A DNA stretch of 64,000 bases from Ginglymostoma cirratum (lineage: Eukaryota): assembly GCA_024137785.1 (NCBI GenBank), contig JAHRHZ010000046.1, forward strand, positions 11,770,914 to 11,834,913, given 5' to 3'. The notes under the pieces are model-generated. The model searched no databases, was not told the origin of the DNA, and worked only from the letters and a program-made list of their open reading frames with translations. Shown piece by piece: positions 43,301-57,784 of this stretch (positions within the stretch are counted from its first letter, which is position 1; the number at the start of each line of letters is the position of its first letter). The position numbers and the translations under genes are program-made.

Positions 43301-43563
43301 CGGCGGAAACTAACTCTGTCAAGTATCCTAACTTGCAGAATGGGGTTCCTGCTGAATGAAAGTTGTGACAAGCCAATCTCCTCAATAGTCCCTGCATCCC
43401 AGTCCCACCATAGTCGACAATACAGTTGAACTATTAGATGCAGCAAATAATTCAAATGAGAAACTCAACCTCTTCAGACTCGTAACATAAAATGGTACTT
43501 TTCATTTGTTCCCAAAGTGGCAGTCCTAACAAACAAGGTTGAGTCGTTTCTTCAAGTATTCCC

Positions 43564-44141
43564 TGTTACGGGCCAGACCAGACCCCCTCAAAATATTTTA
43601 GGAAAGTAGCCTAGACCCTAACTTTTTACTATTTTAAAGGCAGACGCGAAGTGCCGTGTTTCAGATGCAACGCGACTGGTCAAACTAGTCGATGTTAAGC
43701 AAAGAATTTACTTAAACACTACCTTTAAAAATAAACAAAAGAAAGAAGGAATTGAAAAAAACTTAACCCTACTGGAAAACTTAGCCAAATAATAGCTACA
43801 GTAATTATTACTAAGTAACTGTTCCAGTATCGAAACATTCCATCAATACCCCAATGGCAAAAAAGGAAAATTCAGAAAAATAGATTTGTCTCAAAGGTAA
43901 TCCAGCAGCAGAGAGAAACTTCAGCTTCTAACTGGAACCGAGAGAGGGAAAAGATAGCTTCTACTTCTTGAAGCCCACAACAGCAACTGCTTAAATCTAA
44001 ACCATAAAAACTAAAAGGAAAAAGAAGAAAATCTGGTCTGCGAGTTGGCCACACCCAGCCAGGCTGCCTTTGATGTTTCAGCTTATAAAAAAAAAAAATT
44101 CCCAAGGCCTCATAAGCTCTTTAATTTAGTTCTTCTTGACA
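43564..44141. mobile_element. Possible solo LTR
   Basis: Begins tgttacgg and ends ttgaca (TG...CA), ~580 bp, A-rich on + unlike the T-rich flanking intron; no matching TSD seen. Confidence 0.4.
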
Positions 44142-44280
44142 CATGATACAGGCACATAGGAGCAATTCATATCCAGCATGTACTTGGCTCCATGCGCAAA
44201 CAAATTGAAATCAGTCAGTGGTAGTGACTGTTAAAGCTATTAATTTTTGAGGGGCTTGCTAACTGGAGTTAAAATTGTAT

Positions 44281-44477
44281 CAGAGATAATAGGTACTGCA
44301 GATTCTGGGGAATCCGAGATAACAAAGTGTGGAGCTGGACGAACACAGCAGGCCAAGCAGCATCATTGGAGCAGGAAAGTTTGACGTTTCGAGTATAGGC
44401 CCGAAACGTCAAGCTTTCGTGCTCCTATGATGCTGCTTGGCCTGCTGTGTTTGTCCAGCTCCACACCTTGTTATCTC
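44281..44477. mobile_element. Penelope-derived family A fold-back element (~80-bp arms plus 33-nt tail)
   Basis: 44316..~44395 pairs with ~44397..44477 with a few mismatches; the fold-back point lies inside hammerhead stem II. Confidence 0.85.
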
Positions 44478-47400
44478 TGCTAACTGGAATGTTGCTTTTT
44501 CACCCTATTGTCCTGAAGTGGCTGATTAATTGCATGGTTGCGTGATGGTTATCGTTCTTTAGTAATTTGCCCAATCCAGTGATAGAGGCAGCGGGAAGCC
44601 ACCCTTCCTGTCAGCTTGCCCTGGCACCTTCGCTGGGTGGAACCAGAATTTTGACGGACTTGTAAACTCGCATTTCCCTTTCAGCCCCCACGGCCAACTT
44701 GGTGCTAAACTTGAGTGTCATGCCTCAGTTCTCAATTGTACTGCAGATAGATTTGATCAACGCTTTGGCCTTCTGGGGTTTAAATCCAAATTGGTTGATA
44801 TTTTTGGTTGATTGCCACAGCAGCTAGCATGTTACACAAATGAAGAAAGTGCCAGTTTCTCAATTGAAGTGACAATGTTTATAATGTTTGGGCACCACCA
44901 TCAGGCCTCTGTCAGTTTCAGATCATGACAGAAAAAATGTTAGGATAAAATTACCTGCTGTCAGTCATTGCAAGTTCCTGAACAAATTGCAATTAAAATC
45001 ATGCACAAAAGGTGGAAGATAAATGAAAGCATCTGAATTAATACTGTGCCTTTTGTATTCTTCAGATATTTCAATGTGCTTTATGTTGATGCAAAACTTC
45101 TAAAATCTAGGAACTGTGATGTAGAAAAGTATTAGCCAGTTTGCAGACAATCTTAAAATCAGCAGAGAGAATATGGCCAGTAGGGCTTGTTTTCATGTCT
45201 GTTAGTTTATTTTTTCCAATCTGCATTTTCATTCCATGATTACACAAGAATGATTGGCTTTGCACGTTTTATTGAGAAATTTTATTCTTTGACCGACTGA
45301 CTTCCCCTGGCTCCCAGTCCTGAGTAACCTTATCCATCACCCTGTGCTTGTGGAGGGTAGTTAGAACACACAACCTACTGGAGAAGGCCTGCTCCAACCT
45401 AAGCATTGAATTGAATTAGCAATGTTGCCACGTGCTTGTACTGCTTAAGGAGATGATCCCCTGATGCCTCCCCATATGGTTAAACTCGCCACACTGAGGA
45501 GTAACAGTCAAGAATGTATGTTAGGAGAAATGTGCAGCAGAAATTACTGTTTCATCATAAACCCTGGTGCTCATCATTGGCTTGGATCTCCCATATAGAC
45601 AGTGATGAGTGCCATAAGACTGACCAAGGCCACTGTGCATTCACCCCAAATCAGTGGGGTTGCCAAACACATCCAGGCTGCAGCTGTGTCCTAAACAAAA
45701 CTCTTGCCTGTTTCTGACTAGGTGCATGCGAAACAAATCCTGAGCAATAGTCCAGCTGATGAATAAAATTCCTGATTGAAGATGTGTTGGAAGCACTGCA
45801 TCCTCCTTTAATTGTTCAAAGTCTGTTTAAAACTGAATGTTTTCTGAGGGCTTAGCTTTAGATTATTCCAGTAGAGTTTCCTTGTGTTGAGTTCAGCATG
45901 CAATACAGTTAACTTGGTGAATCTAGTTTGTGGCCACCTGAAGTTTAACTTTGGTTTTAGGTTTCCAGTTTAAAAAAAAGTCTTTAATATAGCGTAAACT
46001 GCGTTTGATTCAAGTCATTTTGAAACTTTTTTATTAACTTGATATTTTCTAATATTCTCCACCTTCCTTTCTCTCATTAAACTCTTCCTGTACTTTCTTA
46101 ACCTGTTGGAAAGCAATAGCATTACATGAAAGTGCACAGATTTTAGTTTCTTCTCTTGGCTTCCCTTCACATTCTTTGCAAATCATATTCTATCTGCCTG
46201 ATATAATGTCTTCGTAGCAACTACGCAAACTGACAAGCTGGCCACAAGTGACCTATTTTGTTGTGTTCCTCATTTCTAAGTATAAGTCTGTCTTGGTCAT
46301 TTGTAAACCAATTGAATTGCCTGCATGATACTTGAGGGAGGGCTGCACAAAAGTCAAGCGCTTGGTCTTCCAAAGTGGATAGCAGTCAGCTGTTTTGCCA
46401 TCACTCCTGCTTACCCCAACTTTGTCTCCTGTCAGAACTCAAAGCTTGCTCTTGAGGTTTGTAGAAATGGTTCAGGTAATCTCCATTCCCTTTGTTTTCA
46501 TAGTCAGTTTTACCATAAATTACTAAGACTAGATTGTCGAACTGATGCGACTCTCCTATTTGTGGAGCTGTCTTGCATTCAAATCAGTTGCTGTGTTTCT
46601 TCGGCTAGGAGGATGGATGCACTTCAGAAGTATTTAATTTGCTGAGGTTCTTTCGGATGACTTGAGGACACGAAAGACACTACGTAAAGGTTAATTTTGT
46701 GCAGTTCTGTTGAGCATCAAACCTCACTGACTCTTGCATGAATCAACATTGCGTGATGTACGAAGTGGAAAAATTGATGCACAGGATCTGAGGTTGGTAC
46801 TGAATTGAGACGAGATGAGGTTTACTTTTACAGCTGTCGACTATTACCTGACCTGCGTGTGCTTAAGTATGGGCCAAATGTAAAATTATATCACTTAGCA
46901 TCGAGTTCCTTTACTTAAACATAGCTAAGTTGAAATACTTCCTGTTTGTGATTTTCAGTGAAGTAGAATGTTTTATGTTTAATATTGACTTCTGTTAGTT
47001 TGAAATATTGGGCGAAAGAACACAGGGATATAGTTTCAGGCCCTGAGTTAAATTTAATCTTGGTTCTAGTTTGGGAGCGGTTGAGGTTTATAGTACATCT
47101 AGTTAATGTGTCTGTCTCTGACTTAGGTTGTTAAAAAGCATTGTATCGCCCTCACACCGAGCTGTATATTTGTAACAGTACTAGTTGGTAGTTCACCTCT
47201 TTCGTCGGTGCTATAGCTATGGCTTTTGCAATTTGTCGATATAAGTAGAGGGTTGCACCTACAGTTGGTAAGATCATGCCACATGCAAATACAGTGCGCA
47301 AGTCAAGTGTATTGTTGAGATGCTTGATTAAAGATATGTATAGCAGTGTCATCCTCTTGAGTTCACTTCAAGCATGACAAAATTTTAAAATCATTTTTAA

Positions 47401-49441
47401 GTTGTAGTTTACTATATTTTAAAAACTATGTTCAATTTTCAATGTTGATTTGATTGTGGCATAGTGTGTGGAAAAAATTCCTAACTGCTGGTTGATCGGT
47501 GGCTTATTCAGTTAGAAACATGTTTGCCATGTAATTTGACTGTTTATATAATCATTTTGCACTCATCTCCACACATACAGGGCAGACTAGTGCGGCCTCC
47601 ACTGACTTGCTATTATTAGCCGCTTCTGAAGTAATGGAATGTGTTGCAGTTTTTAAGAGCAACAAACCTGTTTGCTTTGTCTCTGCACTAATTTCACATA
47701 AAAATGGTAACACTTGCGATAATTCTATGAGTTTTGCACAGACTTGGCCATTCCTATCTGAAAATATTCTCTGGCTTGGTACTTTTTAGAAATGCTACTT
47801 TTAAGCATACTGATGAAAAGTATTATTATTAATTGAGAGAAGTGCCAAGTAAGGATCCTTTTTCTTGATTGCATTATGGTAAAGAAATAGGTAGTAGCAG
47901 ATCGAAGTAACAGGCCATCAAAGTGCAAAATGCACCACCGTTCGTACCCATGATCTGAATGTTGTTTGAGCCATGCTTTGCGCTCGTACTTTAGCAGAGG
48001 AATGAGCGGTTATATTTTCCCAAGCGGCGTCTTTCAGATGAGCTGTTAAAACGCTTTTTGTCTTCCTGCTCAGGCAGGCTCTATTTAAAGCGGACTTGGG
48101 GAATTTTCCTGGTAGCTCAGACAGTATTTATCTTGTTTCCAGTATGTCTTCTCTGCAAATTCTCATCCATGTTTTTCTAGGCTCCAGACTCGGGTGTTCC
48201 ATTCATGTCTTGATCTGCATCTGATTTTCCACCATCTGTAACCTTTAATTCATCCAAATCTCTGCCTGTATTCCAACTTGATGGGCCCACAAATGAACTT
48301 GACTGTATTTCATGCAAAAAATGGTATTTAATTTATAATAGCTGAATATATAATTTGTTGTGTTAAAGTGACTGCTCTGAGATTAAAGATAGTTCACTAC
48401 ATTAATTTGCAGTTGCAAAACTTTCGACTTGGATTGTGCAGTGGCTTTACACTTGGTTGTAAGTTCCAGATTGTTGAAGAGTCTTAACCTTAGCAAAAAT
48501 TTATAAGTTTCACTGTTTGAATATGTCATTGCTACAGGGTTGTGATCTCAGTTATAGCACTTGAAATTTACGTGTTCAGATTAACTGAAAGAGAGTGAGC
48601 CAGCAAATACTTGTCTGGACTTTGGTTCCCATGGAATATAAAGATGTCAACTTCATAATGGTCATAAAAGTGTCTTGTAATTGTCGCTAAATTCAAAGAA
48701 GAATGAATGAAATTGTAGCACCGACTCTTCAAGATTGCAGAATCTCATTTAAAAAGAAATAGGATTTAGTTTCCCCTGTGTGCTTTTGGCTCATGTGTTC
48801 TTTGAATTGTAGGTTAATCCTGAAGTTAATACATCTTTGTTGCATTAGTGTGAATCTCACCTGAAATTGCATTGCCATACCTTGTAAGATAAAGACAAAT
48901 GTTTCGCATAAATTGACAAAGTTACAGAATTTGAATGTGAAAAGCATTTCAAAGCCATTTCAAGAAATTAAGTATTAGAAATGGATTGCGAGTTTTAGTA
49001 GGAACATTGGTCAAGGTTAAGCAGCTAACCGATTAGGTAATACCGATTATTTAGCAAGTTAAAAACTTGTAAATGTAGGAAAGATATTGAACATTTTGGT
49101 TATTACACCATTGCTGTCTTGTACAGTACACGAACATGAGTTTGCAGTTTGCAAAGTTCTAAGACGCTAGGTTATTTTGATTTGAAAGGTGCGGCTTACA
49201 TGGTTGAGTAACAAGGCATCAGTGGCAAATGCTGTGGTTGCATTGTTGTTTGGAAGATTACGAAATATTTGTGTTTTGTGATATCAGTATTCATGTGCAA
49301 GAAGTGCCATTGGTTCAATTGCAATTGTATTTTGTAAAACCTGAGAAAATTTTCAACCTGTTGAAATATTGAGGCCACTGTTCAGTAAAATGGCTTGAGT
49401 GCATCTGTTCGTTCTTGTTTTATCTAAGCTGCATTTCATAG

Positions 49442-49699
<258 letters not shown>

Positions 49700-50068
49700 T
49701 GATGTCATGGCCTGTTGAAGTTCAGGTTATGAGCGTTGTCTTCATTAGCTTGTGTTTTTTGTAGATGTTGGTATGTCAATCTCACTTAAGTATTTGAAAA
49801 ATCTGCAGTTTGTAATGGGGTTTTCAACGTAGATTATTCCAATTTCTCAACTTAGAAGTGATCAGGTGGAGATTATTAGTGGTAATCACTTCATCAATGA
49901 TTTAGAATCCATAATTGTAATGTGGCAACATTGTCCATTTTCTCTCCTTCCAAAGGTTTAAAGATCATTTGGAATTACTGTTGTGGGGCATGGATTAGAG
50001 CTATAGTACAGATACTTTGAATTTTTGTTCCAAAATTTTGGTGCCAGAAGTGTCTTTCCTCCTCTTAG

Positions 50069-50392
<324 letters not shown>

Positions 50393-50534
50393 TAAATGGG
50401 TGTATTTAAGTAGCGCTTTATAACCTCTGAAACATCTCAGTGCTTCAAATGGGCCGATTGATTTTTATAGCAGATATTAAAGTAATGCAAAATGTAAGAT
50501 CTGTCCTGCTGACAGTGGGACTGCATGAGCAGCA

Positions 50535-50893
50535 ATGGGGAAGTGATGGCCTAGTGATGGTATCACTGGACTGTTAATCCCGCAACCCAGGTCGTGTCCT
50601 GGAAACCTGACTTGGAATCCTGTCATGGTAGATGGTGGAATTTGTATTCAATAAAAACCTGGAATTAAGAGTCAAATGATGACCATGAATTTATTGCAGA
50701 ATATCAACAAGATCCATCTGATTTACAAACTGCCATCCTTAACTGGCATGGGATGGTCTTATCTGGTCCTACGTGTGACTCAGACCCACAGCAATGCTTT
50801 TGACTCTTAACTGCTCTATGGGGAATTGGGGATGGGCAAGAAGTGATGGCCTAGCCAGTGACACCCTCATCCCATGAATGAGTTTTTAAAAAA
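50535..50893 (+). mobile_element. Second tRNA-derived SINE family
   Basis: tRNA-like head tggcctagtgatggtatcactggactgttaatcc...; 3' end gccagtgacaccctcatcccatgaatgagtttttaaaaaa; homologous to 11460..11797. Confidence 0.7.
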
Positions 50894-52923
50894 TTGGATG
50901 AATGATCCTTCAGTTTGGTTTCAGTGTTTTGTTGATAAAAGAGGAATATTATACTGGAAGCTCTCTCACAGATGTGAGAAGAGAAACCATTTTAGGTGAT
51001 GTGGTATCATTGATGCAGCAGGAAAGAAGGAAAAGGAGAGAGCAGAGCTACGTTTGCAGACTAGAAAACAGAGACTGGAGAAGAGTGGGGTGCTTAATCA
51101 TGTTGGAAGGCTATGGAGATGTTGAGGATATGAGACACAAATGAGGTGTCGCAGTCGCAGAATTTGGTGACTTTGACGATGATCGTTGTTGTAAGTGAAG
51201 TGAAATGCTTGATTGCAGGTCTTCAGTCAACCTAATCGCATTCCAGTCATGTTTAAATTTGACACCAGATTTCTGAATTGTAAGGATGTCGTTGTGGTAT
51301 TTGAAGAGTACTTGAGACAGTCATGGAGGAGATGGATATAAGTATTATTGTCGTCTTGAATGGTAGGTGAGTAACTGCGGACGTTGATATGCAAGACGTA
51401 GGAAGATCTATCTCTCAAGGGTCTGTAGTGTAGGTGGTTTGGTGCGCCATGGCAAGATAATGTGTTACGAGGAAGTAATTTTAATAATGTGTCAGCAGTA
51501 AAGTTCCCGGTGTGTGAAAACAATAAGTCCTAACGTTCAAGGAAAGATTATATGTGTGGATTGACTAGCCACTATGTTTGAGAGAGTGGGTGGTGGTGAG
51601 CCTGCCGGGTGACCAGCACTGAGGGAGGCCATGTGTAAGTATAACCTGAAGTCATTCACAAGAAGACTTTGCATGCACAGAAGCAAGATAGAAAAGAGAA
51701 ATCAACGAGGAAGTTACCTGGTGGGGAAGTGGAGTACTGAGAGAAACTTTTGACCAACAAAAGTGAAGCCTGTTCGACTTGAGCAAAGGCATGAGTGAAG
51801 GGCTTCAGGAGATGATTGAGAACTGATGGTAGTCTGAGATTTGCATGAAAATTGACAAATAAATCCAGCATCTAGAGAGCCAGAGTTCGTATGAAGTCTG
51901 GAGAGCAGTTCTGGATGAGAGCAGAGGCCAAAGCACTATTCGATTTCCCATGGAGGTTGCCAAGTTCTCACTGCACTTGTATTGGAATGGCAACAAGAAC
52001 TTGAATTGAAAATTGCTACTCTGTTGCAATATTTCTAGATTGTACTTAAAAGTAGTCCAAGTTAACAGCAATGAAGATTTTGCTCATTTGCGCACCAAAT
52101 TGTACTGTTGCATTGGTCGACTTGGTTTTTTCAGGAAACTTTGTGACTTGGTATGCCTTTTATAATGTATGCATCATTCTTGATATTGCTAGGCTAGGAA
52201 AGTTGTGGGCAATTAAAAATGTTTGCATTGTCATGGAAGTTCTTATGCTTTGAGTTGCTTAAACATGGACGCTTGTGTTGAACCGTGCTATGCAGTGATA
52301 TTTTAACATGCACGGATCAGAGGCCAGCTGGAGTATAATTAATGAGTTAAAACTTTGTGGTAACTTGCAATTTGTTGGAATCGACCGATAAGATTGTGCT
52401 CATTTGATATTTTGGATTACAGGATATTAAGGGTCTTCTGTTGCTTATGAATAATTTTTGGCATGTAACAAAATACGTTGTAATGAGCAAATCTAATTGT
52501 ATGAAATGGCAGGAAGTAATTGGCATTTTCACTGCTTCAGCTGTTCTTCTGCACTGTGTATAAAGAGCAGAATGTAGGCAGTGAAAACTAGTAAGATCTG
52601 AGATCAAAGATACTTGACAACCTATTCTAACATTTCTTCGATGTATAGTTTTGATATTTTGCTTTTCTCAAAAAGAAACTACTTAATCTTTATTGCACTT
52701 CCAATGTTTGCCTAATCTGCTGACTCCACTTGCTTTCTCTCACAACTTCGAACCCAGCTAGTTGGAAATTATTTTTCCTCCTTGTTGCTGTGTGAAAGCT
52801 CTCCATGTTATTGCAGTGTAATTGACAAGCATAGAGACTGTGAATTAGATATTTCTATGATGAAAGGAGTAAACAAGTTTCTTTTGTCGAGAGTGTGCTG
52901 CAGAATGGATCATCTTAAGAAAG

Positions 52924-52948
52924 TGTCATGTCATGTCATGTCATGTCA
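52924..52948. repeat. (TGTCA)5 microsatellite
   Basis: Five perfect units read directly. Confidence 0.9.
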
Positions 52949-53019
52949 AATATTAATCAGCACAGCTTCAGCACAGTAAAATAATGCTGTTGGAGTTCCT
53001 CAAAGCAGCATATTCATTT

Positions 53020-53370
53020 GCTTCATCGGCCATGTCCTCTTTGTCTTTGATTTCAGAATGGGATTTGTTGATGGCCATGTACCATTTTCAGTCCCACTCT
53101 CAACTCTTCCAACAATGAAGCGGGACCCAGGCTGCCTTGAAAAATGGCAGGCAATATTTGCACCTTGTAGGATTATCTAGGGCTTAATATCCCAATCAGT
53201 ACTCTGAGCTTGAACATTGTCACTGCTTCCATAATTAAGATCCTCCACTATCAGTATTTTGGGCAGCTTAACTGAACCAACCATGTCAATGCCACGAGTA
53301 AAAGAACAGAGCAGCTAGCCTCTTTGCAACAAGTGGCGCACCTCCTGACTACTCACTGTTCCCTCAACAT
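53020..53370 (+). mobile_element. Decayed CR1/L2-group LINE fragment running into the gap
   Basis: Colinear with ~2600..2910 (aaatggcaggcaatatttgcacc, cacctcctgactactc). Confidence 0.5.
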
Positions 53371-53770
53371 NNNNNNNNNNNNNNNNNNNNNNNNNNNNNN
53401 NNNNNNNNNNNNNNNNNNNNNNNNNNNNNNNNNNNNNNNNNNNNNNNNNNNNNNNNNNNNNNNNNNNNNNNNNNNNNNNNNNNNNNNNNNNNNNNNNNNN
53501 NNNNNNNNNNNNNNNNNNNNNNNNNNNNNNNNNNNNNNNNNNNNNNNNNNNNNNNNNNNNNNNNNNNNNNNNNNNNNNNNNNNNNNNNNNNNNNNNNNNN
53601 NNNNNNNNNNNNNNNNNNNNNNNNNNNNNNNNNNNNNNNNNNNNNNNNNNNNNNNNNNNNNNNNNNNNNNNNNNNNNNNNNNNNNNNNNNNNNNNNNNNN
53701 NNNNNNNNNNNNNNNNNNNNNNNNNNNNNNNNNNNNNNNNNNNNNNNNNNNNNNNNNNNNNNNNNNNNNN
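53371..53770. other. Assembly gap (400 N)
   Basis: Run of N characters. Confidence 1.
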
Positions 53771-53881
53771 TCTTCAGAAAAAATTTTTCTGAAGAAGGGT
53801 CTAGCCCCGAAACGTCAGCCTTCCTGCTCCTCTGATGCTGCTTGGCCTGCTGTGTTCATCCAGATCTACACCTTGTTATCC
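53771..53881 (+). mobile_element. Penelope-derived family A element (palindrome centre and right arm) with putative hammerhead core at 53789..53816
   Basis: tcttcagaaaaa-a-tttttctgaaga centre, then ctgaagaagggtctagccccgaaacgtc...ccttgttatc. Confidence 0.8.
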
Positions 53882-54818
53882 TGGAAGTGTGTTTTTTTTC
53901 AAAATGACGTTTTTGATTTGTACTTATTGTTGAGATCTTAATGCAAAAGAGGGATCAACATAAAGCAGCTCAGCCTCTGGAGGAAGCAGCGTAGGTTTTG
54001 AGGCACAATTAACAGGAAGTTCAGTCCGGAGATGGCTGAGTTTTTTGAGAGGCTAAGGGACACAGGAGCAGTGATGTTTTAGAATGTGTTGAGAGCGTAT
54101 ACAGTGAAATGATGAGTCATTCCAATCTTTGTTCTCTCCCTGGTTGCACTGTTATAGATATTTATCTAGTGGCTTGAAAACAATTGCTAGAATTTCAACC
54201 TGGGAATACTGAATAATAGTGAGTATAGATGGCTCTTGTTTAAATACGGTTCTGTGGAGCTTCAGTGCTGGCGCGTGAGCTACTGGACTTCCCTTTTTGA
54301 CTGATATTATTTAAATGTGAGTGCACAGAGTGGAAGACACTGATTTGAAGCTGCTTTACCAGGATGAAGTTAACTGCACAGCGGAGATCTCTTGCACAAA
54401 CCTTTGGGGTTAAATATACCTCCCACTGCTAAATGCGCATGGGTTGAGTAATTCCTTCCAGTCAGAGTTTAAATAATAATTTTTGTAATTGTTTATAATG
54501 TTTTGACTGTTGAAGTGGTTCCATTAAGTTGTCTTTGTTTCGATTGTTGTCAGATATTTTTTTCGCTGAAACATTTTCTTTTAAGTTGGATTTCGAGTAA
54601 AACTCTTGACAACTATTTCAGTTACCCCTCTGCAGTACTGTTCAAATTAATAAGCTCTTTAATTTATGGAAATCCTGAAGGTGGATTATTTGTATGGAGT
54701 GCTTTCAGTCTACTTTTGAATTAGTGATGCATTGAAACCAGCTGTACAGATGGGCTTTATTTGCATCCCCTTGGGCATTTGCATTTTGCTGCACTTTGCA
54801 CAACATGTCTTGTGTTGA

Positions 54819-55274
<456 letters not shown>

Positions 55275-57784
55275 TGAATTCTACGCATTTGAGGTCCGGT
55301 ATTGTGACTTTGAGTTCATAGGCTAACAATTCATAAACTGAATCTGAGAAACATGTCCTTGTAACATGTTTTAATTAGCCATAAGATGCAGTTACGCAGT
55401 GGAAAAATGGTTATTTTAGCTCTGGGATCCTATCTAATCTATTACAGAATGTGTTGCAAACTTGTAAGACTATTGCCGTAGTTCTTAAATTGGACACATT
55501 TAATCATTCACTTTCTGAGCATGAAATTGTGAGTTTACCATGTTAGTTGGAGGATTTAAGGCAGTGATTGTTTCAGTGCCTTCATTTTGCTTGAATACAG
55601 GGCCCAAAACAAGAATGTGGTGTTACATGTCAAGAATTAGTAGAAAATCTGTGTCATGGTCGTGTGGCTTGCTGATCTGTGCAAAGTTGTAATCTTGGGA
55701 AGTAGCAGCTGATCGACTGAAACGAGCAAGAGAGAATCTAACTGTTGTAGGGAGAAATATCAAAAAGGAGTCTGAAATGTTGTGTTCCCAAGCACAGACG
55801 ATGTTTATTCAGAGCTCTATTACCACATGTAGGGAGGCCAGAGACCACCCCAAACCTGGCCTTCACATGGGGCACAGTCGCCCTCCTAATATCCAGCTCA
55901 GATCTGATGTCATTGTTGCTTTGAGTTCCCCAGCTAAATACGACATTTTTATACCCTTTGCGTTACGATAATTCCATGCAAAATTGATGTCGTTGTTAGC
56001 CATATCCCCCTAATCTAGAAGCGCAATCCAGTAAACACGTGATCAATGATGGCCAACTCTACGGACACCCCGATAATCTCATGACATTTGCCAGATACCT
56101 GTCTTTGGGATGGTAGAATGCTTCTGACAGTTTTATTCTTTACTAGACATTTGCTAGCTGCACCGCATGATTTGCCAACAACTTAGAGTTGCTTTTTTTT
56201 AAGAACGCTTCCAAGTTCTGGACTTAGTTCAGTATGGTAGATGAGGAAAGATATTAATTTTTACCGATGGTTATGAAGTCTTTAAAGTCAACTCTAATAT
56301 CAAGTTACTGTGACATAGCTGACAAACTGAGAACAACCCCTCTTTCACTTCAGCCCGAGATGTCAAACAACAGTTTCTCTGACGTGCAACTGTAGTTTAC
56401 AACCCCTACTGGTAGGTGGATTTTGAAAACAAGTTTCATTTTCAAATGAAGCTGTACTATTTCCACTCTGAGCACTGTCCATTATTAATTATCTTTAATT
56501 AATAAAAATTGTCTGTTTAAATCCACTGATGAGGGTAAAATTCTATCACTTTACAACTGTACCAAGCCATTAAATAAAATTAGTTGTAGAATCAACAAAT
56601 TAGGAGACAGCTACATTTTTCATTCTGTATTTTGTAATCTGCCTTTGTCACTCTTCGCTTGATTTTTGGATGTAAGAATTTGTTCGAATTATCTACAACT
56701 GCGTTTTCGTTTCAATTGTTTATCTCTCTCAGTTGTGATGTGTCTTTTTACAACCTGGCCAATAGTTGTTTTGGAGGGAGTTGTTTACGCAATTTATTAT
56801 TTTATCTTTCCTAATAATGCAGTGGGCCTCTTTACTACTTGGAAGCATTTGCTGAAGGAATGCAACTAACCATTTCACACTAATTTGTTGTTGCCTTTCT
56901 AATTCTACAGTTTTCTAAACTACTCAAAATACTGTAGGGTCAGACTTTTCCTTCTTTTTGCTCAAAAACAGGCTTGAGAATGTGGCTAAACTAGGCCTTA
57001 CAAAAATGCTCCTTAGTAGAATACCTGTATGTCAAACCCATTTGGCTGCCTTGCTTTAGCTAAAAAAGCCCAAACGGTCATATCGTCAACTTAGTCGTGG
57101 GTCACTACAACAGTGGCCATCACCTGTTGACGTTCAGTGACGTTTCCATTATTGAATCCCCCACAATCAACATGAAATGTTTTTTGGGGATTGTGGGGCG
57201 GAGTGGGGTGTGGTGGTGATAACGATTGCCCTGGGTAAGCAATGTATACACTAGCTTCAAAAGCATACCAAAAGTTGGGAATGCTGCTCCCCGTTGTTTG
57301 TCCACCATCTACAAGGCAAAGATCAGCATTGAGATGGGAATGCTTTCCACTTTACAGGATGAATGCAGCTCAAGACCGTCTGGGCTAAAGCAGCCTGTTT
57401 TGTTTGGAACTCTACCCATCACTTTGAGCATCCAGTCTTAGATTGCTTGGAACTGTGGAATCCCAGTGTGTACGTTGGCCAGTGAAGATAAGTTTGTGGA
57501 GAACATGAAGAAAATTTGTTTGCTTTATTTCAGGTGAATTTGAGCATTGGATGGTGTCCATTAATGCATCTTACGAAATTCTTAACGTAGGTGTGGATTC
57601 AAACTGAGCGAATGTGTCATCTACCTCGTGGAAACATGCAAGGAGTTTGAGATTAGGTGTTATTTCTTGTAAACATATTGTTGTCTTCTGTCTATCGCAA
57701 GTCTTCCTACATTGGCTGCAATATACAGTGTGATTCTTATGGTTTCATGTGCTATGAGATTGACTTTGTCAGCAATCTTGTAAG

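Noticed and set aside
53324-53941. 205-aa ORF in the supplied track
   Set aside because: Open only because it spans the 400-N gap.
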